From the NCBI GenBank assembly GCA_038046765.1, contig JBBSVN010000004.1:96001-160000 (forward strand): a stretch of DNA of 64,000 bases, read 5' to 3'. The translations under genes and the position numbers were made by a program. The notes under the pieces were generated by a model. The model did no database searches. It saw only the letters and a list, made by a program, of their open reading frames with translations, and had not been told where the DNA came from. The DNA is from Candidatus Micrarchaeota archaeon (GTDB lineage Archaea; Micrarchaeota; Micrarchaeia; Anstonellales; Bilamarchaeaceae). Positions 39,862-49,114 of this stretch are shown here, piece by piece (the stretch's first letter is position 1; each line of letters starts with the position of its first letter).

Positions 39862-40641
39862 ATGGATTTAAGATTAAAGCGCGCGATGGTAGAAGTTGCG
39901 CAGGCTGCTGGAAAGAATGCAAAAAATACTACTTTTAGGAAAGCGGAATTTAAAGGAAAAAAAGACGTAGTTACGGTAGTCGATCGCGAGAATGAAGAAT
40001 TAATTGTTAGATCCTTAAAAGCAGTTGAACCTAAAATAAGCATCTGGGCAGAAGAAAGCGGAAAACAAATAATTGACTTAGCTAAACTTGCAGTAATAGA
40101 CCCACTAGACGCTACAAGAAATTTTCTTGGGGATTTACCATATAGCGTAATGATCGCTTATTATGAGGAAAAAATCGCTAAATTTGCAGTTATTTACGCA
40201 CCACAAACAGATGAAACATTTACAGCTGAACTTGGGAAAGGGGCTTTTGTTAATGGAGAAAGAATTTATACAAGCACAAAAATTTCTTTAGGCGATGCGT
40301 TAATTTCAGTAAATCGGAGCAACTATCCTAGATCATTAAAACCCTTGGGACTAAAATTATTAGATCTTTTAATGGACTATGCACAAAGCTGGAGGAATTT
40401 TGGAACTGCTGGAATAGAATACTCTCTTGTAGCACGCGGGAATCTTGATGGAGTTATTACACCCATGGCAGAAGCAGTGCATGCTGCTGGATATTTGATA
40501 ATGCAAGAAGCTGGCGTAAAAGTAACGGATTTTGATGGAAGCGTTATAAATTTAGACTCAAAGATGGTCGTAGTTGCAAACGAGAACATTCATTCTCAAT
40601 TATTGGAGTTAGTTCAGGATGCACGAAAATTTGCATTATAA
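39862..40641 (+). CDS. Inositol monophosphatase-family protein (atypical motifs)
   Basis: VTVVDRENE, AEE, IDPLDATRNF and AAGYLIMQEAG motifs. Confidence 0.85.
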   Translation: MDLRLKRAMVEVAQAAGKNAKNTTFRKAEFKGKKDVVTVVDRENEELIVRSLKAVEPKISIWAEESGKQIIDLAKLAVIDPLDATRNFLGDLPYSVMIAYYEEKIAKFAVIYAPQTDETFTAELGKGAFVNGERIYTSTKISLGDALISVNRSNYPRSLKPLGLKLLDLLMDYAQSWRNFGTAGIEYSLVARGNLDGVITPMAEAVHAAGYLIMQEAGVKVTDFDGSVINLDSKMVVVANENIHSQLLELVQDARKFAL

Positions 40642-40777
40642 TACCTAGTGAAATATATTACAAACGTATTTCTCTAGGAGAATTCACTGAATTTAAACGA
40701 TTACTTCGTTAATAATTTATCATAAGTTTCGCGCTTTATGCGCGCCACTTAGTAAAAATAGAAAGTTCGAAGCAATA

Positions 40778-41074
40778 TTAAAGAGATGCAAGCTTGCTCT
40801 GCAGAGTGTATAATCTTTTTACGTACTCTTCATAAACTGATTTTCGATTTTCCAGAATTAAAAACCAGAGATTAACTTTATCAAAGTAATATACTAAACG
40901 CATACCCTCTATTATTATTGAATAACAATTATTTTTGCCTTTTAAGTGTTTAAATTGGTCTGGGCTTTGTTTAATAATTTCCAGTTTTTTATTTACGATA
41001 TCCAACTGATTAGAGTTGAGGGTCTCCAAATCCCTAAAAAATTTAGGGTGGTACTGGATTTGAAAATCAGACAT
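40778..41074 (-). CDS. RelE/ParE-like toxin
   Basis: YHPKFFRDL, FKHLKG, MRLVY and RKSVY. Confidence 0.75.
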   Translation of the reverse strand: MSDFQIQYHPKFFRDLETLNSNQLDIVNKKLEIIKQSPDQFKHLKGKNNCYSIIIEGMRLVYYFDKVNLWFLILENRKSVYEEYVKRLYTLQSKLASL

Positions 41075-41285
41075 TTTTTACGCCTTTAGCCTTCATGAAT
41101 TTTTTATAGTCGTTTTCATTCAACATTTGAACCTGACTGGTTTTAGCTTCAGATAGCCTTTTTTCTGATTCAATAGTTAAAGCAGTGTCAAGAATTTTTT
41201 CATAATCAACTAAAAGTTTTTCAAAATCAAAAATAAAATTTTCAAAGACTTGCTTTTGAACAGTTATTGTTTCCATTTTCATCAC
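41067..41285 (-). CDS. Putative antitoxin
   Basis: Small ORF overlapping the RelE-like gene upstream. Confidence 0.6.
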   Translation of the reverse strand: MMKMETITVQKQVFENFIFDFEKLLVDYEKILDTALTIESEKRLSEAKTSQVQMLNENDYKKFMKAKGVKNV

Positions 41286-41321
41286 ATAAGTATTATTCTT
41301 TAAGAATATTTAATAGTTTGT

Positions 41322-43124
41322 TTACTTCATTAACAATTTCTCGTAAGTTTGACGAGTTACACACGCCACCCCGTAACCGACGCCGTGCCCCCTGTTGGCA
41401 CCGACATCCTGCCCGACGAAGTCGTTCCCGTAGAAGTAACGGACCAAAAGACCGGAATATTTTTCAATTCTCCATAAACGTCTTGCGTCTTGATCATATT
41501 CATTTGTAGATTTACCAGAAGGAATACCAAATTCATCTTGCTTATACCAACCATTTTTTGTGTGTAATTTTATTTCCTTAGTTTTTCCATCCTGTGTTAT
41601 TACGCATTTTTCTCCATCAAGGTCTACCAATGTTCCAGTCCTGCAGGGAAATAATCCTAACTTCTGGTATTTCTCCCTTAATTTTGGATTTTGTAAAATC
41701 GTATCAATAACTGTGTTTGGTAAGATAACTAAACCTTGTTTTTCTAATGCAAGAGTTTGTTCTAAGTTTAGGTTTTTATGGACTTGGATTTCTTTACTTG
41801 TAAGGTCAAGTTTTGACCAGTCGGCAACTCCAACAGGAGTTGACGAACCAAGAACTCCTTGCCAATGATGGGGGTCTAGCATTCCTTTGAATTTACCATT
41901 CTCACCATCTTGGAGGAATTTTCTTTCTTCTTGAAGTTGTTTGAGTTTTGTCTTGTATCTTCTCCTAAAAAGGTTCAAACTAGTTAGAATAACAGAAACA
42001 ATAAACAGCGTAGTTAATTCTATAGTCGTTATAGGGAGATTTTTGGCAACTGATACAATAAAAATTATGACAGAATTTAAACTTACATATCCTAAAAGCA
42101 AAGGTGCAAAACCAGTTTTTCTAATCCATATTTCTAAATCTTTAATCTCCTTATCAAGTTTTTCAATTCGTGCCAAAGCAGTTTCCTGTTCTTTTTGAAC
42201 TGGTTCTAAAGCAACATTTTCATTTACCAAAATGGCTAAAACTTCTCTTACTTGTGCAGCATTTTGATACCTATTTTTAGGATCAACTTCTAGGCATTTA
42301 CCAATAATTTTTTCAAACCCCCTAACGGATGCAGGAGCATTACCAGAATCAATTGCCTCTTTTAAATCTTCTTTATCCATGCCAGCTAAGAATATTCCAA
42401 GTAGTGCGCCAAATGAATAAAGGTCAGCAGATGCTGATACTCTTTTTGAACCACTAGCTACTTCAGGAGGAGTGCATTCATAATTATTAACTGCCCAAAT
42501 AGTTGTCCCAGTACTGTTTCTAACCTGAACAAAAGCAAAATCAATTAGATAAAGCTTGCCATCTGGAGTTACAATTAAATTTTCTGGTTTGACATCCTTA
42601 TGAACTATTGGGGGATTTTTACTATGCAAATATTCTAAAATATCAAGTAGCTGATTAGCTAAAGAAAGCACCTGATTTTTATCTAAATGAACATTTTCAT
42701 CTATTAAATGTTTTAATGTTTTACCTTCAACAAAGTCCATCACAATATATTGTTCCTGTTCAGTTTGATTTCGATAAGAATCGATTAATTTTGGAATGCC
42801 TACGTGATCTGCTTGAGACAAGATATTTATTTCACGCTCGGCTAGAGCAAAAATTCGATGGTCTTTTACAACGCTTAAACTCATGTCTTTTACTACAACT
42901 AATTTTTGATGTGTAATAGAATAAGCAAGATAAACTTCTGCATTAACTGATTGTGTTGGGGAATCTTCTTTTTTATCCCTTGAAAGTAGTTTAAGTAAAG
43001 AATATTTATTCCCATTAATTATTTTTGTACCAAGAATATGCTCTGGAACTGGAAGAGGTAGAACTATTTTTGCCTGATCAATAGCAACTAAAGACCTAGT
43101 AATAGCTAATCTTGGTTCTGCCAT
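41322..43124 (-). CDS. Hanks-type Ser/Thr kinase - 2 TM - C-terminal putative CLec-like domain
   Basis: VVVK, E, HKDVKPEN, DFA, PPE and DLYSFG motifs; two TM helices; C-terminal domain. Confidence 0.85.
   Translation of the reverse strand: MAEPRLAITRSLVAIDQAKIVLPLPVPEHILGTKIINGNKYSLLKLLSRDKKEDSPTQSVNAEVYLAYSITHQKLVVVKDMSLSVVKDHRIFALAEREINILSQADHVGIPKLIDSYRNQTEQEQYIVMDFVEGKTLKHLIDENVHLDKNQVLSLANQLLDILEYLHSKNPPIVHKDVKPENLIVTPDGKLYLIDFAFVQVRNSTGTTIWAVNNYECTPPEVASGSKRVSASADLYSFGALLGIFLAGMDKEDLKEAIDSGNAPASVRGFEKIIGKCLEVDPKNRYQNAAQVREVLAILVNENVALEPVQKEQETALARIEKLDKEIKDLEIWIRKTGFAPLLLGYVSLNSVIIFIVSVAKNLPITTIELTTLFIVSVILTSLNLFRRRYKTKLKQLQEERKFLQDGENGKFKGMLDPHHWQGVLGSSTPVGVADWSKLDLTSKEIQVHKNLNLEQTLALEKQGLVILPNTVIDTILQNPKLREKYQKLGLFPCRTGTLVDLDGEKCVITQDGKTKEIKLHTKNGWYKQDEFGIPSGKSTNEYDQDARRLWRIEKYSGLLVRYFYGNDFVGQDVGANRGHGVGYGVACVTRQTYEKLLMK
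41361..41450 (-). other. Candidate DGR variable region
   Basis: 56/90 nt G+C in an AT-rich gene; 15 of 27 codons are NNC and none end in A. Confidence 0.65.
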
Positions 43125-43189
43125 ATTCTAATATGTGTCAAAAAGTGTTTAAAAGGCTATGCTTTTCTGGTAATGCTTGATAAAAGAAT

Positions 43190-43244
43190 ACATCGGCAGA
43201 ACATCGGCACTACTTAATTATGCCGCTATCTTGCCGATGTTTTT
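43190..43244. repeat. Direct repeat B, left copy (palindromic)
   Basis: 50/55 identical to 44587-44641; ACATCGGCA...TGCCGATGT. Confidence 0.9.
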
Positions 43245-44555
43245 CTAAGAAGAAAGCGAATAATAAACAGACTTTCCCCGCCTGTGCATAAACAAATAAC
43301 CCATTTTAACAAGACCAGACAAATCATCCCGAGCCGTTCTTTCCTTTACCTTAAATTCCTTCTTATAGTAAGAGGTACTTAATTCCTTTTTGTTCGCTAG
43401 CTCTAGTGCCTTTTGCTGACGGGAATTTAGTTCAGGTTTGGTGTTAAAAATCCTTAGGATAGTAAACTCTCCCTGCTCTGTATATTCAGGCTCTTTTAGC
43501 CCCCACTCTTTGCACTGATTAAATATCTTAGTTGTACCAGTACCAAATTGCTCAACATATCCGCATTTATACGCAGTCTTTGCAATAAGCTCATTTCGCG
43601 GTTTTGACGCATGTTCTGGTTTTTTTAATTCCTCAACAGTAACACCTTGCGGAAGTAGACCTGGATTTTTTATCTCTATATAATTTTCCTTAATTGAAAG
43701 ATAGCAGGCACTTGAGGAAAAAAAATCCCGATGAATTATCGAATTTATTATAGCCTCGCGAATTGCTTCAACAGGATATTCATATGTTAATTCTCTTCGT
43801 GTGCCGATTATTTTAGAAGAAGCGCGAATATTAGATAATAAGTAAGAATAGACATAATCAATCATATCAAACAGATTACCTTCTATTAGTTTAAGATCTA
43901 AAAATTCCGAACCTTTTAAGACCGCGCAGCGAAAGGAAAAATTAGTAAAGTATTTCTGTGGATTTTTTCCAAAACATATTACAGCCGCATTCTTTAATTT
44001 GCCGTTTAGCATTTCAAGATTTTTAAGCACGGATTCTGCGCTACCATTTATCTGCATATTTCTCTGTTTCCTTGCTCTATCAATAAAAGTTAGGATTGCA
44101 TTATCATCTATTTCCGATATTTGTGCGACAGAAGATTGCTTATCAAAGGCAATTCTTTCCCAGTTTCTTTTTATAACCAAAGTATCAATTTCACTTCTAC
44201 TTAGTTTCATATTAGACTTTCCAACCCGCCTGTATGCAATGCCTTTAGCAAGGTATGGTTTATCAAACCCTTCCTTAACAGATATTTTTATTATGCCCTT
44301 ATCTAGTTCAATGTATTCGGATATAATATCTGGAAAAATTTTTGGGTCGGTATTCTCCACGATTATTTTTGTCAGGTTTTCAATCGTATTTTTTCCTATT
44401 GAAAGCGGCTTAAGTTTGCCCTCATCACTTACTCCTATAAATATTTCTCCACCTTTATGATTTGAAAAAGCAGCAACACACTGGATTATCGCATCCTGGT
44501 CGCTAAGACTTTCCTTAAATTCGACAGTTTCACTTTCATTTTTAGGTATATCCAT
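43245..44555 (-). CDS. Schlafen AlbA_2 + HATPase_c_4 + wHTH protein (second paralog)
   Basis: ESETVEFKES, AFSNHKGG, REAIINSIIHRDF, NPG, EQFGTG and RTARDDL motifs. Confidence 0.9.
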   Translation of the reverse strand: MDIPKNESETVEFKESLSDQDAIIQCVAAFSNHKGGEIFIGVSDEGKLKPLSIGKNTIENLTKIIVENTDPKIFPDIISEYIELDKGIIKISVKEGFDKPYLAKGIAYRRVGKSNMKLSRSEIDTLVIKRNWERIAFDKQSSVAQISEIDDNAILTFIDRARKQRNMQINGSAESVLKNLEMLNGKLKNAAVICFGKNPQKYFTNFSFRCAVLKGSEFLDLKLIEGNLFDMIDYVYSYLLSNIRASSKIIGTRRELTYEYPVEAIREAIINSIIHRDFFSSSACYLSIKENYIEIKNPGLLPQGVTVEELKKPEHASKPRNELIAKTAYKCGYVEQFGTGTTKIFNQCKEWGLKEPEYTEQGEFTILRIFNTKPELNSRQQKALELANKKELSTSYYKKEFKVKERTARDDLSGLVKMGYLFMHRRGKSVYYSLSS

Positions 44556-44586
44556 AGTATTAATTTGATAAAAAGAATTTATAAAG

Positions 44587-44641
44587 ATATCGGCAGAACA
44601 TCGGCACGACCTAATTCTGCCGCTATGTTGCCGATGTTTTT
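44587..44641. repeat. Direct repeat B, right copy
   Basis: Matches 43190-43244. Confidence 0.9.
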
Positions 44642-44649
44642 TATAAGAT

Positions 44650-46545
44650 TTATCGTAGCCTTAGTGATTCCAAATTCTGCATCGCTAAACCATTTCGTCT
44701 TAACATCATCGCAGCAGCATTGGCTAATTCTTCAGTCTTACTCCAGTCCCCGTGCATTGTTAAAACATTATCCGGAGTTGGTCTTAAATTTCTTAAATAT
44801 GCCATTAACTGCGGTCGATCAGAATGACCAGAATATCCTTCAGCAGTCTTAACCTGCATCTTGATATTAAGAACTTTCATACGCCCGTCATCTCCCATTA
44901 CAGGAATTTCTTTCATACCCTGCTGCAACTTGTTTCCTAAAGATAATGCGCTTTGATAACCAACAAAAATAATCGTATTCTTTTCATCTTCAGCCATTAA
45001 TTGGAAATATTCGTAACTTGGCCCCCCATTAAGCATACCAGATGGAGCTAAAATGATGCAAGGATCACCGTTTACGATAGTTTCCTTATCTGTTCCTTTT
45101 GCAACTTTTACCATCGGAGATTCAAAAGGCGAATTATTGCTTAGTATTCTTCTTTGTAATTGTTCTCGCATATATTCTGGGTAAGCAGTATGGATGGCAC
45201 TAGCTTCAAGTACCATTCCGTCAATGTATACGGGAATATTAAAGTCTGGATTTCTTCGATAAAATTCTTCTAAAACAAGTAAAATTTCCTGAGCTCTTCC
45301 AACTGCAAAAACAGGAATAAGAACTTTTCCTTTTCTTTTTATTGTTTCGTTAATCATATCAAAGAGCCTGCTTTCGGCATCGACCCGATTAAGACTTACG
45401 TCGTTTCGTCCACCATAAGTACTTTCCATTAAGATAGTTTCTACTCTTGGGAAGTTTGTATTTGCTGGCTCGAATAATTTTGTAAACCCATATTTTATAT
45501 CTCCAGTAAACACAAAATTATGCATCCCCTCCCCAATGTGAAGGTGAACACTTGCGCTTCCTAAAATGTGACCCGCATTATAAAAGGTCATTTTTACTTC
45601 AGGAGTAATATCGACAACTTCTTCATAGTCAACAGTTACAACATGCCTTAATTCTTTTTGTATGTCTTTTTTATTATAAGGCGGCTCGACACCAAATGTG
45701 CGCTTTGTTAAATTAACGTAATCTTGTTGTAATAAAACCATTATGTCACGGGTTGGCGGAGTACAATACACAGGACCCTCGTAACCATACTCATAAAGAT
45801 ATGGGACAAACCCCATATGATCAATGTGCCCATGACTAACAACTACTGCGTCAAGTTCTTCAAACGGGAATCCCATCATGTTTAGATAAGGGTATGCTCT
45901 TGATGCATCTCCCGTTGCAGCATTAACACCGCAATCTAAAAGTATTTTACTATTTGGAGTTTGAACTAGAATACAACTTCTTCCTACTTCTCTAAATCCA
46001 CCTAAACCAACAATTCTTAGCCAATCGCTTGATGGATTAGGCTGGCAGATTTTTTTACCAATATTAAGGAGCATTTTCTTTCTTGCTTCACCATCTGCGA
46101 TGATACTTTTTCGTATACCATCTAGAGTCGTACTAGGCATTGTTGGGGCTCTAACAGCTATAGGTGCCCATCCCGTTTTAAGAGTAATTTCTTTTAAGAG
46201 CATCCCGCCTTTTCCAATTACAAGACCAGGCTTTAAAGATTCTATATGAACCTCGCTAAATTCAGGAGAAAAAAGTATACTTTTTATTTCAGCTTCCTTT
46301 GGAACAATCTGTTCAATAAATTGTTTAGCTTTTTCAACTTCCATGAGTGAACCGGCTTCAACCCGGACAAGTACTTTCTTTTTTAACGAACTTGCCAATT
46401 CCTTAATTAGTGAATCATTAGCATAAAATGCTTGAATATTTTTTACGTAAATGACTGTAGATAAACCTTCAGGTTCTACTTTTGTAACACCGCATTCGCT
46501 TGGCATTATGTGCATAACTGTTTTTTCAATTTCTTTAAAGTGCAT
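44650..46545 (-). CDS. fttA: KH-MBL-beta-CASP ribonuclease aCPSF1 / termination factor FttA
   Basis: KPGLVIGKGG KH domain, GFREVGRS, HGHIDH, MESTYG and SGHSD; adjacent to psmB. Confidence 0.95.
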   Translation of the reverse strand: MHFKEIEKTVMHIMPSECGVTKVEPEGLSTVIYVKNIQAFYANDSLIKELASSLKKKVLVRVEAGSLMEVEKAKQFIEQIVPKEAEIKSILFSPEFSEVHIESLKPGLVIGKGGMLLKEITLKTGWAPIAVRAPTMPSTTLDGIRKSIIADGEARKKMLLNIGKKICQPNPSSDWLRIVGLGGFREVGRSCILVQTPNSKILLDCGVNAATGDASRAYPYLNMMGFPFEELDAVVVSHGHIDHMGFVPYLYEYGYEGPVYCTPPTRDIMVLLQQDYVNLTKRTFGVEPPYNKKDIQKELRHVVTVDYEEVVDITPEVKMTFYNAGHILGSASVHLHIGEGMHNFVFTGDIKYGFTKLFEPANTNFPRVETILMESTYGGRNDVSLNRVDAESRLFDMINETIKRKGKVLIPVFAVGRAQEILLVLEEFYRRNPDFNIPVYIDGMVLEASAIHTAYPEYMREQLQRRILSNNSPFESPMVKVAKGTDKETIVNGDPCIILAPSGMLNGGPSYEYFQLMAEDEKNTIIFVGYQSALSLGNKLQQGMKEIPVMGDDGRMKVLNIKMQVKTAEGYSGHSDRPQLMAYLRNLRPTPDNVLTMHGDWSKTEELANAAAMMLRRNGLAMQNLESLRLR

Positions 46546-46668
46546 AAAACAACCTTTTTATTTGTATATTAATTTTTTATAGTGTGTAGTAATTTCTAAA
46601 TTTCATAAGAAAAATAAAATAGAAAAAAAGTTTTGAAATAAAATCAAAATAAAAAATAAATTATAGAT

Positions 46669-47322
46669 TTAGTTAGTATATTTAACTGCGATAAATAATT
46701 TTACATCCTCTTTTGAAAATCTTTTAAATCCCTGTTTTGTTACAGTTATTAAATCTACCCTTTCACCGCTGGCAGCGTCTCTTCGCATTGCTGCGCTTAC
46801 TGCCTTTGCTGCAACAGGTAAATTATCTTCAATCATTGCGTCTTCTTTTACGAGTTCTTCAAGAACACCGTATGCAATTGGAGATCCGCTTCCGGTCGAA
46901 GTGAATTTCTCTTCAGTAATCCCACCAAGCATATCAACACTGTATAGCTTTGATTTTTCATCAAAACCCCCTATTAAGAGTTGTACATAAAATGGATAAA
47001 ATTTATATTGAGCTAAAATATTTGCGAGCATGTTTGTTGCAGCTTCAACGGAAATTTTCTTGCTGTGCTTTAATTTGTAAAGCCTGCATTCGGCCTGCAT
47101 CCACCTTATTAATTGTTGTGCATCGCCTACACCGCCAGCAATTGTCATTGAAATATGATCATCAATCGGATATATTTTATCAATATCCTTGCTTGCAATT
47201 AAGTAACCCATGGTAGCTCTTTTATCGCTTGCCATAATGATTCCATCCTTGCAGGATATGCCTACCGTAGTAGTTCCAGTCTTCATTGCTTTTTTCGTAT
47301 CTATTTCATTTACGTTCTCCAT
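46669..47322 (-). CDS. psmB: Proteasome beta subunit
   Basis: KTG/TTTVG propeptide junction, DKRAT, GSGSPIAYGVLE and RDAASG. Confidence 0.97.
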   Translation of the reverse strand: MENVNEIDTKKAMKTGTTTVGISCKDGIIMASDKRATMGYLIASKDIDKIYPIDDHISMTIAGGVGDAQQLIRWMQAECRLYKLKHSKKISVEAATNMLANILAQYKFYPFYVQLLIGGFDEKSKLYSVDMLGGITEEKFTSTGSGSPIAYGVLEELVKEDAMIEDNLPVAAKAVSAAMRRDAASGERVDLITVTKQGFKRFSKEDVKLFIAVKYTN

Positions 47323-47431
47323 AAATAAAACCAGTGCTTTGGGATTTTTATATAATAACTTCTTAAAGTAAGATATTAAATGTAAAGTTTATAAATGGCT
47401 ATGATAAGAAAGAAAAATCCTTTGCAAATTA

Positions 47432-47779
47432 TTAATAACTCCCTAAATAAGGAACTCTTTCAACTAACGGCATAAAGATATATTTTCCACTTCGTTTAAT
47501 TTCGCGCGCTAGTTTAGTTGCAGTTTCTTTATCTTCATCTTTCTTATATCTTACTTCTGGTTTTCCCATGCCAAATTCACGAACTACAACTTGGCACAAA
47601 ATCTTGTCAGCGGTCAGTATATCAATATTAGCAAATTCAGATCCGCCCAAATCACTATTGAAAATAAATGGACTCCATTTCTTAATTGTTATATGGGTAG
47701 CTCCACTTGGTAAATGACTCTCGATTACTTTTGCAGTTGCAATAACTCTTTTGTCAAAATTTAATGATCGTAATCCCAT
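47432..47779 (-). CDS. Hypothetical protein
   Basis: 115-aa ORF with GGTGA RBS. Confidence 0.6.
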   Translation of the reverse strand: MGLRSLNFDKRVIATAKVIESHLPSGATHITIKKWSPFIFNSDLGGSEFANIDILTADKILCQVVVREFGMGKPEVRYKKDEDKETATKLAREIKRSGKYIFMPLVERVPYLGSY

Positions 47780-47923
47780 AATTATTTCACCATAAATAGA
47801 TAGGATAACTAAGCTTGGAACTCTTTTTAAATGTTTGTTTTAGTGTTTATGTTTGGTTACATGTTTATAAACTCTCCCACACATAATATATTTAGGTAGT
47901 ACTGAAAATAAATTGGTGTTTTT

Positions 47924-48106
47924 ATGCTTGTTCAAAAAAGAGTAATTGCACATAATAACAATGTTGCGACTGTTAGGTTTAGATTGGCTAATGATAGAGA
48001 TTACGAACTGACATATTTACAAGTAGACACGCTTAGTAGCGCAGATAGAAAAAGAATGATTCTACCACATAACTTAAAGGAGTTGTTTGCTGCCTTAGAG
48101 GTTTAA
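47924..48106 (+). CDS. Small hypothetical protein
   Basis: 60-aa ORF with GGTG RBS, first gene of a putative operon. Confidence 0.45.
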   Translation: MLVQKRVIAHNNNVATVRFRLANDRDYELTYLQVDTLSSADRKRMILPHNLKELFAALEV

Positions 48107-48112
48107 CGATTT

Positions 48113-49099
48113 ATGAGTACAGTAACTGAAAAAATAAGAGAAACTGCAGGACAAAGATTTCAAAGAATAATTAGGACTAATCCTCGTGCATTTGAGAAAA
48201 AAGCTTACCTAAAGTTAGAAGGACTGCACGTACTAGTTACTTCTCCTTTAAGATTAACACATGATGTTGCAATCCCATTAGCAATAAAAAAAGCAGAAGG
48301 AACGATCTTACTAATCGCTTACATGTCAGAATCACATGGATGCTGGAGAAGATTTGGTGGTTCTATTGGTTCATGGTACAATAAAGGAATAGATGAAAAT
48401 TATCAGACTCTCGATTATAGGGTACAAAAACTTTTAGATAGAGTAAATCGGGAAAACGAACCAACAGAAATTAGTCTTGATGGAATACCTGTTGATCTAA
48501 CTGATTTTGAAGTTGCAGCATTTATTGAAAGAAAACATAAGGACAGAGTTAAAGAAGTAGAATTATTGCCTCTTGAAGCACAAACCCAAACTCAAATGAA
48601 GTTAGAAAAAATCGATATAGCAAGGCAATCAAATGAACCAACTAAATTTTTAGATCACTGGAAAAGCGGAAGAGATGATGATTACAAATATGCAGAACAT
48701 TTAACTTTGGTGCTGGAATCAAAAGATGAACAAGTGTTATACATCCTTGGTTTGACAAAAAGCGGAATGTTCGTAAAGAGCATTCAAAAGAAATCCGATG
48801 AAATAACGCTTTGTGGTTCACCTGCTACTTGCCTGGTTCCGGATAAAAGTTGGATCCACAGCCCGATAATAGATTATGAAGGGCAGGAATACGAAGTAAG
48901 GGCAGCAGGACATAGCAAGGTAGAAATAAATGAAACTATTTTTGGAATGCGTAGAGCAAGAAGAGTTAGGATAAAGGGTATACACAGTTCAGAAGAAAGT
49001 CCATTTTATAGAATCGACCAGAGAATTACTCCAGTTTATAGATTAATCGAAGAAGGAAAACTTGAAGAAGCGCAGATGTTTCTTGATAAGTTAGTTTAG
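48113..49099 (+). CDS. Hypothetical protein, paralog of 49115-50236
   Basis: Shared AYxSES..WRRFGG, QT.DYR and GIHSS..SPFY motifs. Confidence 0.75.
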   Translation: MSTVTEKIRETAGQRFQRIIRTNPRAFEKKAYLKLEGLHVLVTSPLRLTHDVAIPLAIKKAEGTILLIAYMSESHGCWRRFGGSIGSWYNKGIDENYQTLDYRVQKLLDRVNRENEPTEISLDGIPVDLTDFEVAAFIERKHKDRVKEVELLPLEAQTQTQMKLEKIDIARQSNEPTKFLDHWKSGRDDDYKYAEHLTLVLESKDEQVLYILGLTKSGMFVKSIQKKSDEITLCGSPATCLVPDKSWIHSPIIDYEGQEYEVRAAGHSKVEINETIFGMRRARRVRIKGIHSSEESPFYRIDQRITPVYRLIEEGKLEEAQMFLDKLV

Positions 49100-49114
49100 A
49101 AAAAGTGATAACTC

